Source: Acidimicrobiia bacterium (GTDB lineage Bacteria; Actinomycetota; Acidimicrobiia; IMCC26256; JACPCJ01). Taken from it: a stretch of 64,000 nt of DNA. Made by a program: the position numbers and the translations under genes. Shown here one piece after another: positions 31,150 to 39,381 of the stretch. The notes beneath the pieces are model-generated. The model ran no database searches. It saw only the letters and a list, made by a program, of their open reading frames with translations, and was not told where the DNA came from. Location of the stretch: the NCBI GenBank assembly GCA_035293045.1, contig DATDOY010000034.1:4006-68005 (forward strand), given 5' to 3'. Every line of letters starts with the position of its first letter. Position 1 is the first letter of the stretch.

Positions 31150-34100
31150 GCCGGCACCTCGTCGAGGACTCGGGGCGCACCAGGGCGGACGTCGCGCAAC
31201 GCGAGCCGCCAAGCCACGAGCGCCCGACGCTCACCCCGACGTCGGCGGATCCATGCGCCGACGACGAGAATCCAGAGCGCAGCCTGCACGCCCAGCGCGC
31301 CGTATCGGAGGACTTGGCCGTCGTGGGTCACCCTCACCGCGTCGACGTCGTCGACCACGAATCCGTTGACGAGCCCGAGGGCGCGGAAGTGGGGACGCAA
31401 CGCGTCGCCCGCCTTGGCCTCCCACGCGTCGTCGTAGGCCTCCCCGAGGAGGAGCACGCCCTCGACCCGCCCCTCTTGGGTCGGCTTCAGCCGCACCTCC
31501 GGTGCACGCGGATAGCCATCGACGGGACGCGCCACGGCGATGTCGAGACGGAGGGCGTCGTCGCGGTCGCTCTCGCGGAGACGCTCGGCGGCGTCGGGTG
31601 GGACCAAGGCCCCGGCGGCCACCCAGGCTTCGTTCTCGAACAGCAGCATGCCGGGATCGACCGTGAGTTCGGCGAGGTCGATCTGACGGGCGAGACCGGA
31701 GGCGAGCGGGGCCACGAGCGGCGTCGCGCCCGGCGTTTCCTCGGGGGGAACGAACCGCCCCGGCCCCTTCGCCAGGGGTACCGCGATGTACCGGATGGCC
31801 AGCGGCCCGAGCATGTGTCCGAGTCGCTCGGTGGCGCCGCCAATGGCCGCCTCGACCGCGTCGCGGACATATCCGGTCGCGCCCTCGGCGGGCGGTGGGG
31901 CGAGGGCGAACCCGTCGCCGGGGCCATCGCGGGTGATCGCGAACCCCGTGCCGTCATCGAGGGTGAGGGGGTCGACGGGTAGGAGGTGAGGGTTCCCCAC
32001 CCACAGCACGCGGAATCCGCCGTCGGCCGCGTCGGCGCTCATCCACCCCAAGTCTTCGTGCCAGTCGCGATCGGGGAGTTCCCAACTCCCCTCGAGGGCG
32101 TCGAAGAGGAACGGGATGGAAGCGAGCGCCAATCCACCGATGGCCAGCACCGACGTCGCCTGCCGCCAGCTGAGCCCCGCCCGAAGGAGTTCCTCGCGCA
32201 AGACGCCAGTGCCGAGCCCGACCGCCATGGCGAGGCCGACGGCGGCAACCACCAGCGTGCCCTCGAGCGCGGGCACGCTGAAGCCCGCGCTGAGCCGCCC
32301 GGGGAGCCACGCGGCCGTCCACCCCGCCAGCGCGATCATCCACGCCCGCACCACCCAACGCAGACGCGGCCCCGACGCCACGAGCAGAGGGTGGGCCGCA
32401 ACCGCGATGAACAGCCAAGGGATCCCCACGCGCGCCGGACCGCTGTCGAGGACCAGCACCCGCGCCAGGGAGGGCACCTCGGGAAACGAGAACCCCAGGG
32501 CCCCGAGGTCGGGGGTCGGGAGCAACAGCCCGATCGACCAGGGAAACAGCAACGCGACCGCGACGCCGGCGGCGATGAGGGCGGCGGCAACGCTGCGCGT
32601 ACCCCCACCCCGCTCTCCTGCGAGGGGGACGGCGACGAGCAGACCCAGCGCCATGAGCGGCAGCAGCGCGATGACCGGCGGAAACACCGCGGCGACGAAG
32701 GCGGTCAAGAGCGCCAGAGCGAGCAACGCCCGGCGACCGTCGCGCACCGGCCGGCCGTCGGGAAGCTGGGCGAAGGGATCGATGCCCGCCGCCGTCAAGA
32801 GACGCTCGAGCATGAACGGTGCGAGCGCGTAGAAGACAAGCGGACCAAGGCGGCCCTCGCTGATGGCGTTGCGCGGCACCGGGACGGCGGCGTAGGCGGC
32901 CGCGGCGGCGAGCGGTGGCCACACCGAGCGCGCCAACGGCAACATGAGGCGGAAGAGGCCGTACGCACCGAGCGGGATGGCACCGACGACCACCGCCGTA
33001 CGCGCGAGATCGGCCGAGCCAAACGCCGCCGTGCTCAGCGCACCCATGAGGGCGAGGAGCGGCGGCGCGGGCGAGCCGGAACCCACTCCGACGAACCGCC
33101 ACGCCGACGCGAACTCTCGGAAGGCGTCGCCTGCGCTCGGCCAGGGGAGAAACGACCCGACCGCCGGAATCCCTCCCGTGATGAGGTCGCGGGAGCCGAT
33201 CACCATGACCAGGCTGAGGATCGCTCCGAAGGTCAGGCTGGGACGGCGCACCCCTCCGGAGACGGTGTGGGCGAAGTCGCGCGACGCCCCCGTGAGGGCT
33301 TCGACCCGCATGTCGAGGTGCAACTGGCCGGCAAGGAACGTGCGGACGTAGCTGAACCCCCGCACTTGGAGGGCGCGCACCTCGGCGTCGTGCACCGTGC
33401 GAAGCGCCTGGACCGATCGGCGCGCCCGCATCGTGGCGCCGAAATGCGCCAGCGCCGCCGGCATGGCCCGCAGCACCGCCCACGACCGCCGCGCCCGCCC
33501 GGTCAACAAGAGGGCGACGGCCTGCACGACGCTCACCAACAGTGCCTGCGGAAGCACGCGCAGCAGCGAGAAGGCTGAGTAGTTGCGCACCAGCATCCGG
33601 ATGCGTTCGGTCGGCTCACGCGACCGGGCCGCGTCGGGGTCGGGTCCGAACCGTTCCCGGAGCGTGGCCATCGGCCGGGTCACGACGGCGTCGGGAACGA
33701 CGAGCACGCGCGCGCCCGCGATCCGTGCCCGCCAGCACAGGTCGAGCTCGCCGACCTCGTCGCCGAACTCGGGGTCGAAGCCGCCCAACTCAGCCCAGAG
33801 GTCGGCGCGAACCAACATGGCCTCTGCCGGTACAGCCAAGACGTCGAGGACCCCGTCGTGCTGCTCGTGGTCGACCTCGCCCGGCTCCACGATCGGAGCC
33901 GGCACCCCGAGCTTGTCAGCCGACGCGCCGACGACGAGGAGCACCTCTCGCCGATCAGCGTCGACGATCTTGGGTCCGGCGATCCCCGCGTTCGAGCGCA
34001 CGGCCTCTTCGACGAGCAGCGAGACGGCGTCGGGATCGAGCACCACGTCGTCGGCCAGGAAGAGCAGGTAGTTCGCTCCCTCGACCGCGCTCAAGGCTTC

Positions 34101-34376
34101 GTTGGCAGCCGCTCCAAAGGTGGTGGGCTCACCGAGGCGCCGGATATAAGCGTCGGCGAGGACCGAGCCAATGCGGGCCGTGGGATCGTCGGGAGAGCCC
34201 GCATCGACCACGAGAACGGTCAGGCTCGGATACTCCTGAGCGCCGAGGGACACGAGGGCGTCTTCGAAGCGCTCGTCGGGAGCCGAGGTGACGACGACGG
34301 CGACCACGGAGGGTACGTCGGCCACGGTGCGGTCGAATTCGTCGGGATCGGGGCCCTCCCAGTCCGCGGGAGTCAT
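31146..34376 (-). CDS. Family-2 glycosyltransferase fused to a very large polytopic membrane domain (1076 aa)
   Basis: The N-terminal GT-A domain shows VVAVVVTSAP...SLTVLVVDAGSPDD...FLADDV (DxD-like). More than 15 TM segments follow, then a roughly 300-aa extracytoplasmic domain and a terminal TM. Confidence 0.8.
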   Translation of the reverse strand: MTPADWEGPDPDEFDRTVADVPSVVAVVVTSAPDERFEDALVSLGAQEYPSLTVLVVDAGSPDDPTARIGSVLADAYIRRLGEPTTFGAAANEALSAVEGANYLLFLADDVVLDPDAVSLLVEEAVRSNAGIAGPKIVDADRREVLLVVGASADKLGVPAPIVEPGEVDHEQHDGVLDVLAVPAEAMLVRADLWAELGGFDPEFGDEVGELDLCWRARIAGARVLVVPDAVVTRPMATLRERFGPDPDAARSREPTERIRMLVRNYSAFSLLRVLPQALLVSVVQAVALLLTGRARRSWAVLRAMPAALAHFGATMRARRSVQALRTVHDAEVRALQVRGFSYVRTFLAGQLHLDMRVEALTGASRDFAHTVSGGVRRPSLTFGAILSLVMVIGSRDLITGGIPAVGSFLPWPSAGDAFREFASAWRFVGVGSGSPAPPLLALMGALSTAAFGSADLARTAVVVGAIPLGAYGLFRLMLPLARSVWPPLAAAAAYAAVPVPRNAISEGRLGPLVFYALAPFMLERLLTAAGIDPFAQLPDGRPVRDGRRALLALALLTAFVAAVFPPVIALLPLMALGLLVAVPLAGERGGGTRSVAAALIAAGVAVALLFPWSIGLLLPTPDLGALGFSFPEVPSLARVLVLDSGPARVGIPWLFIAVAAHPLLVASGPRLRWVVRAWMIALAGWTAAWLPGRLSAGFSVPALEGTLVVAAVGLAMAVGLGTGVLREELLRAGLSWRQATSVLAIGGLALASIPFLFDALEGSWELPDRDWHEDLGWMSADAADGGFRVLWVGNPHLLPVDPLTLDDGTGFAITRDGPGDGFALAPPPAEGATGYVRDAVEAAIGGATERLGHMLGPLAIRYIAVPLAKGPGRFVPPEETPGATPLVAPLASGLARQIDLAELTVDPGMLLFENEAWVAAGALVPPDAAERLRESDRDDALRLDIAVARPVDGYPRAPEVRLKPTQEGRVEGVLLLGEAYDDAWEAKAGDALRPHFRALGLVNGFVVDDVDAVRVTHDGQVLRYGALGVQAALWILVVGAWIRRRRGERRALVAWRLALRDVRPGAPRVLDEVPA

Positions 34377-34454
34377 GGGCGCGCCAAGGTATCGGAGCCA
34401 ACTCGCAGAGCGGCGATTGATGGCGTGACGGTGGTCACCCCGTGCCTAGAGTGC

Positions 34455-34483
34455 TTGCAACTGTTATCCGTAGTGAATATGCT
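34455..34483 (+). promoter_or_regulatory. Sigma-A-type promoter candidate (-35 TTGCAA, 17-nt spacer, -10 TATGCT)
   Basis: TTGCAA at 34455-34460 and TATGCT at 34478-34483 sit in a locally AT-rich patch. Downstream is SD AGGAGAG (34503-34509), then ATG 34514. Confidence 0.5.
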
Positions 34484-34513
34484 AGACAGCACTTCACGAC
34501 TCAGGAGAGACGG

Positions 34514-34720
34514 ATGGTCACCGACGTTCGCAAGCTCGCGCAAGATGCCGCCTACGTGACGGTCGGCGTCGGCGTGATCGCCTTCCAGCGGGCCCAGGTG
34601 GCTCGGCGTGAGGCCCGGGCCCGGCTCGAATCGCAGATCTCCGAGGTCCGCGCGCTCGTCGAGCCCATCGCCCAGCAGGTCTGGGCGCACCTCCCGTTCG
34701 GGAACGCGCCGGTCGACTGA
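34514..34720 (+). CDS. Small conserved-looking hypothetical protein (68 aa)
   Basis: Start trimmed to ATG 34514, preceded by AGGAGAG. The protein MVTDVRKLAQDAAYVTVGVGVIAFQRAQVARRE... has one hydrophobic/amphipathic segment. Confidence 0.55.
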   Translation: MVTDVRKLAQDAAYVTVGVGVIAFQRAQVARREARARLESQISEVRALVEPIAQQVWAHLPFGNAPVD

Positions 34721-34721
34721 A

Positions 34722-35519
34722 TCAGGACTCGAGGACGCGCTTCGGTCGCAGCGGGCGAGGGCGCTTGCGCACCGGCTCGGGGGTGTCGACGATCCTCGCG
34801 GCCACGGGCGCTCCCCCGCGGACGGGCTCGAACCCCGGGAAGCGTTCGACCGGCTCTGGTGCGCCCGGCTCTGGTGCGCCCGGCGCCGACGCGGCCGACT
34901 CGACAAGGGCCGCGAGCGCGGCCATTTGCGTCTCGATCGTGTGCTGCGCGCGGTTGATCATCTCCTCGACCCGAGCGACGGAGCCCTCGACCGACTCTCG
35001 CAGCGTGCCCTGACGGGCGAGGTTGGCCTCGTCGAGTTGCTCGATCCATTCGACGACCCGGTCGATCGTGGCTTCAAAACTCGGGCGGAGTGCCTCGAGA
35101 TGGGCGCGGAGCACCTTGTCGCTGTGATCCATGCCGGCCATGAGGCGCTCCTCGGCGCCGCCGACGCGCTCGACAAGGCGCTTCAGGACGGCCTCGAACG
35201 CCGCCATGCGCTCGGTGATCGAACGCTCGAAGTACTCGACGCGCTGGCCGACCTCGTGCTCAAGGTCGACGACGCGATCGGCGACGGAGCGCTCGAGGAT
35301 CTCGAGCCGCCGGTCGAACTCGATGAGGGCCTCGCGGATCATCCGCTGCTCGGCGAGTTGCTCCCCCATGGCGCGCTCGAGCATCGGCGTGATCGGGTCA
35401 GCGGAGTCGCGGAGGTCGACGGAACGGTCGTCGTCCCAGTCGGGGGCCGGTCTGGCGGAACTGACAGGTCTGAGCCCGAACGCGGGATGCGCCGGCTCGA
35501 TGTAGCCGACTTCCTCCAT
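34722..35519 (-). CDS. Coiled-coil protein, function unknown
   Basis: 265 aa from ATG 35519 (MEEVGYIEPAHPAF...). A long heptad-rich E/R/L core is followed by a basic Pro-rich tail with a GAPEPGAPEP duplication. Confidence 0.6.
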   Translation of the reverse strand: MEEVGYIEPAHPAFGLRPVSSARPAPDWDDDRSVDLRDSADPITPMLERAMGEQLAEQRMIREALIEFDRRLEILERSVADRVVDLEHEVGQRVEYFERSITERMAAFEAVLKRLVERVGGAEERLMAGMDHSDKVLRAHLEALRPSFEATIDRVVEWIEQLDEANLARQGTLRESVEGSVARVEEMINRAQHTIETQMAALAALVESAASAPGAPEPGAPEPVERFPGFEPVRGGAPVAARIVDTPEPVRKRPRPLRPKRVLES

Positions 35520-35571
35520 GGCTCGGAGTGTACGAGTGGTCGCTCGGCGTGACGCGGATACCCTCTGGCGG

Positions 35572-36522
35572 ATGCCGGACCGGACCGTGACCGCGCTGGC
35601 GGGCGGCGTCGGTGCCGCCCGCTTCCTTCGAGGCCTCGTACGCGTCGTCGCCCCCGAGTCGGTCACGGTGATCGTCAACACGGGGGACGACGACCACTTC
35701 CACGGTCTCGCCGTGTGCCCCGACCTCGACTCGGTCACCTACACGCTCGCGGGCGCGTCCAATCCCGACACGGGCTGGGGCCTCGTCGGCGAGACCTTCG
35801 AGTGCATGCAATCGCTCGAGCGCTACGGCGCCGACACGTGGTTCCGCTTGGGCGATCGGGACCTCGCCACCCACCTCTTCCGCACGACGCGCTTGGCGTC
35901 CGGCGCGACCTTGTCGGCCGCCACCGCCGAGATCACCGCCGCCTGGAGGCTTGGCGTGCGGCTGATCCCGATGACCGACGACCCCGCCCCCACGGTGATC
36001 GTCGGGACGGATGGATCTCGCTTCGCGATGCAGGAGTGGTTCGTGCGCGAACGCTCGGAGCCACCGGTCGCCGCGGTTGACCTCGCGGCGGCGGAACGCG
36101 CCCGGCCGGCGCCCGGCGTTCTCGACGCGATCGCCACCGCCGACATCGTCGTGATCTGCCCGTCCAACCCGGTGATCTCGGTGGCCCCGATCCTCGCCGT
36201 CCCCGGCGTGCGCGCCGCGCTCGCCGCTCGCCGCGATCGCGTGGTGGCAGTGACGCCGATCATCGGGGGACGCCCGGTGCGCGGCCCCGCCGACCGCTTG
36301 CTCTCGGGGCTGGGCATCGAGGTATCCGCGCCCGGGGTGGCGTCGCTGTACGCCGACGTGTGCAGCGCCTTCCTGGTCGACGAACTTGACGCCGTTCTCG
36401 CGCCGGCGATCGAGACCCTCGGGGTCCGCGCCGTTGTCGCTCCAACCCTGATGACCGACGAAGAGGCGGCCGCGACGCTCGCCAAGGTCGCGCTCGGATC
36501 GGTCGGAAGAGCCGGACCGTGA
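35572..36522 (+). CDS. cofD: 2-phospho-L-lactate transferase (CofD/FbiA)
   Basis: MPDRTVTALAGGVGAARFLRGL...VIVNTGDDDHFHGLAVCPDLDSVTYTLAG is the canonical CofD N-terminus. Confidence 0.9.
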   Translation: MPDRTVTALAGGVGAARFLRGLVRVVAPESVTVIVNTGDDDHFHGLAVCPDLDSVTYTLAGASNPDTGWGLVGETFECMQSLERYGADTWFRLGDRDLATHLFRTTRLASGATLSAATAEITAAWRLGVRLIPMTDDPAPTVIVGTDGSRFAMQEWFVRERSEPPVAAVDLAAAERARPAPGVLDAIATADIVVICPSNPVISVAPILAVPGVRAALAARRDRVVAVTPIIGGRPVRGPADRLLSGLGIEVSAPGVASLYADVCSAFLVDELDAVLAPAIETLGVRAVVAPTLMTDEEAAATLAKVALGSVGRAGP

Positions 36523-37217
36523 CCGCAGCGCTCACCGTTCTCCCGCTCACGGGACTCCCGGAGATCGAGCCGGGCGACGACCTCGCCGGGATGGTCGCCG
36601 ACGCCGCCGAAGCCGCCGGGGTCACCGACGGCGACTGCCTCGTCGTCACCTCGAAGGTGGTGTCGAAGGCCGAGGGCCGGCTCGTCGCGGCGGTCACCGA
36701 TGCCGACAAGCGCGCCGTCGTCGAATCCGAGTCGGTTCGCGTGCTGCGCCGCCGGGGTGACCTCGTCATCGCCGAGACCCGTCACGGTCACGTTTGCGCC
36801 AACGCCGGCGTCGACCTCTCCAATGCGCCCGATGGTCACGCCATCCTCTTGCCCGAGGACCCCGACCGCTCCGCACGCCGCATCCGCGACGTGCTGCTCG
36901 GGCGCGGTGTGCGGGTCGCCGTCGTCATCACCGACACCTTCGGACGCGCCTGGCGCATGGGGGTGGTCGACGTGGCCCTCGGGGTGGCCGGCCTGCGCGC
37001 CGTGGTCGACTTGCGGGGGACGCTTGATGCGTCGGGCCGGGAGCTCCAGGTCACCGAAATGGCAATCGGTGACGAAGTGGCCGCGGCCGCCGAACTTGTG
37101 ATGGGCAAAGCGCGCGGCGTGCCGGCCGCCATCGTCCGTGGCCTCGACCCCTCGTGGCTCGGTGACGGCTCGGGCCGCGACCTCATCCGCCCGCCCGCCG
37201 ACGACCTGTTCCGCTGA
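36519..37217 (+). CDS. cofE: Coenzyme F420-0:L-glutamate ligase (CofE domain only)
   Basis: 232 aa: LPEIEPGDDLAGMVADAA...LVVTSKVVSKAEGR...CANAGVDLSN. The GTG start overlaps the cofD stop (GTGA). Confidence 0.85.
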   Translation: MTAALTVLPLTGLPEIEPGDDLAGMVADAAEAAGVTDGDCLVVTSKVVSKAEGRLVAAVTDADKRAVVESESVRVLRRRGDLVIAETRHGHVCANAGVDLSNAPDGHAILLPEDPDRSARRIRDVLLGRGVRVAVVITDTFGRAWRMGVVDVALGVAGLRAVVDLRGTLDASGRELQVTEMAIGDEVAAAAELVMGKARGVPAAIVRGLDPSWLGDGSGRDLIRPPADDLFR

Positions 37218-37263
37218 CCCGCGACCCGCGCGCTCACGCGCTCGATCGCGAACTCCGGTTTGT

Positions 37264-37323
37264 TGTGCAGTTTCCGTCGTGAAAACCGGCCGCGACGCGC
37301 AGAATCACGACGGAAACTGCACA
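37264..37323. terminator. Long palindromic hairpin, member B of the two-copy family; likely bidirectional terminator
   Basis: TGTGCAGTTTCCGTCGTGA (37264-37282), a 22-nt loop, then TCACGACGGAAACTGCACA (37305-37323). This is a 19-bp perfect stem between the convergent cofE (stop 37217) and epimerase (stop 37341) genes. Confidence 0.6.
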
Positions 37324-37340
37324 CGAAACACCAGCGCCCG

Positions 37341-38282
37341 CTAGACCCGTTCGCGGAACCAGGCGAGGGTGCGGGCGATGCCCTCCTCGAACGAGGTGAA
37401 CGGCGTCCAGCCCAGGTGGATCTCGGCGCGGCCGGGATCGAGGGCCGAACGTCGGGTGTCGCCAGCGCGCTCGGGGCCGTAGTTGGCCTGCCCGTCGATC
37501 TCGAGGACGGCAGCCATCACGTCGTAGACGCGCTGCACGCTCGTTTCGACGCCGGTCCCGATGTTCACCAGCAGCCCGTCGGCCTTCTCGGCGCCGCGCA
37601 CGAACCCGTCGACAACGTCGTCGACGAACACGAAGTCCCTCGTGTGCTCGCCGTCGCCGTTGATGGTCGGCCGCTGCCCGCTCAGCAACGAGTGGGTGAA
37701 GATGGCGACGACCCCGGCCTCTCCCATCGGATCCTGGCGCGGGCCGTAGACGTTGGCGAGCGCCAGCGCGGTGTACTCCACATCGAACGCCTCGCGGTAG
37801 TACCGCAGATAGTCGAGCACGGCCTTCTTCGACACCCCATACGGGCAGATCGGGAGTTGCGGACTCCCCTCTTTGGTCGGGATGTCGTCGGGCTCGCCAT
37901 ACAGCGTCCCGCCTGACGCCGCGAACACGATCTTGCGGACCCCCGCCGCCACCGCGCCCTGCAACACATTGAGCGAGCCGAGAATGTTGACCTCCGCGTC
38001 GTGTCCTGGCTGCGCCACCGACACCGGCACGCTGGGTTGGGCGGCCAAGTGGAAGATCACCTCGGGCTGACGATGCCTGATCAGGTCGACGAGGTCGGGT
38101 TGGCGGATGTCGAGGCGATGGAAGCTGAACCGCCTCGTGCCATCGGCGCGGGCCTCGGCGAGGTTCGGGAGCCCGCCGCTCGAGAGGTCGTCGATGGCGT
38201 CGACGTCGTGGCCTTCGGCGAGGAGTCGGTCGACGAGGTGCGACCCGATGAACCCGGCTCCGCCGGTCACGAGCGTCTTCAC
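37341..38282 (-). CDS. NAD-dependent sugar epimerase (UDP-glucose 4-epimerase-like SDR)
   Basis: 313 aa from GTG 38282 (VKTLVTGGAGFIGSHLVDRLL), with the YGVSK catalytic YxxxK. The start overlaps the upstream stop (GTGA). Confidence 0.85.
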   Translation of the reverse strand: MKTLVTGGAGFIGSHLVDRLLAEGHDVDAIDDLSSGGLPNLAEARADGTRRFSFHRLDIRQPDLVDLIRHRQPEVIFHLAAQPSVPVSVAQPGHDAEVNILGSLNVLQGAVAAGVRKIVFAASGGTLYGEPDDIPTKEGSPQLPICPYGVSKKAVLDYLRYYREAFDVEYTALALANVYGPRQDPMGEAGVVAIFTHSLLSGQRPTINGDGEHTRDFVFVDDVVDGFVRGAEKADGLLVNIGTGVETSVQRVYDVMAAVLEIDGQANYGPERAGDTRRSALDPGRAEIHLGWTPFTSFEEGIARTLAWFRERV

Positions 38283-39370
38283 GTCGGCGCCCCTGGCGGA
38301 TCGACACGCGCACCGACCATCGACGTGCCACCGTCGACCACCGCATGCGCCCCGACCACGCTGACTTCGGTGACCCAGGCGACCGGCCCAATGGAGGCCC
38401 CGAAATCGCAGATCGAGTCGTACACCATCGCCCCCTCCGCGACCCTCGCCCCGTCGAGGAGCACAGAGCGGGTCACGGTGGCCCCCGCCTCGACCCGGCA
38501 CCCGGCACCGAGAACGGACTCGTCAAGAACGGCACCTGGCCCCACGACGGCGCGCGGCCCGATCAGCACGGGCGGGACAAGCCGGGCCGCCTCGTCCACG
38601 TCCGCCCCCTCCTGCAGCCATACCCCGGGCAGGACCTCGGTCGCTCCCGCCACAGGGGGAGCGCCCAGGACGCCGCCGAGCACACAGCTCTGCGCCTCGA
38701 GAAACTGACGCGGGACCCCGATGTCGAGCCAAAAGGCATCCGATTGCACGGCGTACAGGCCGCCGCCCCGCTCCAGGGTGCGCGGAAACGTCTCGCGCTC
38801 GACCGACGCCACCGCTCCCGGTGGGATCCGCTCCAGCATCGACGGCTCGAGAACATAGGTGCCGGCGTTGATCCAGTCGGTCGGAGCGAGCCCGGGCGGG
38901 GGCTTCTCCACGAAGGCCAACACCCGCCCGTCGGGCGCGGTCGGGACGACGCCGAAGGCAGACGGATCCTCCACCCGGGTCAGGGCGATGGTGGCCTCCG
39001 CCCCCGCGTCGCGGTGCAGCTCCAGCAGGGTCCCCACGTCAAGATCGGTCAGCACGTCGCCGTTGCACACGAGGAACGTGTCCGATGCCCCCTCGCCGGC
39101 AAAGCGGATGGCGCCACCGGTGCCGAGCGGCTCGGGCTCCACGGCGTAGCGCAGCGAGATCCCGGCGTACTCGTCATCGGGGAACCGGGCGCGGAAGGCG
39201 TCCGGGAGATAGCCCATCGAGAAGACAACCTCGTCGACCCCGTTGTCACGAAGCCAGGTGAGCTGTCGCTCGAGAAACGGCTGGTTGCAGATCGGCAACA
39301 GCGATTTCGGGGTCGTGTATGTGAGCGGTCGAAGGCGCGTTCCCTCGCCCCCGACCAGCACCACCGCCAT
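38279..39370 (-). CDS. Sugar-1-phosphate nucleotidyltransferase with a C-terminal left-handed beta-helix (ManC/RmlA2-like)
   Basis: 363 aa from ATG 39370: MAVVLVGGEGTRLRPLTYTTPKSLLP (the GxGTRLxPLT motif). Hexapeptide-like repeats at the C-terminus. Confidence 0.85.
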   Translation of the reverse strand: MAVVLVGGEGTRLRPLTYTTPKSLLPICNQPFLERQLTWLRDNGVDEVVFSMGYLPDAFRARFPDDEYAGISLRYAVEPEPLGTGGAIRFAGEGASDTFLVCNGDVLTDLDVGTLLELHRDAGAEATIALTRVEDPSAFGVVPTAPDGRVLAFVEKPPPGLAPTDWINAGTYVLEPSMLERIPPGAVASVERETFPRTLERGGGLYAVQSDAFWLDIGVPRQFLEAQSCVLGGVLGAPPVAGATEVLPGVWLQEGADVDEAARLVPPVLIGPRAVVGPGAVLDESVLGAGCRVEAGATVTRSVLLDGARVAEGAMVYDSICDFGASIGPVAWVTEVSVVGAHAVVDGGTSMVGARVDPPGAPT

Positions 39371-39381
39371 CACGACAGGCT

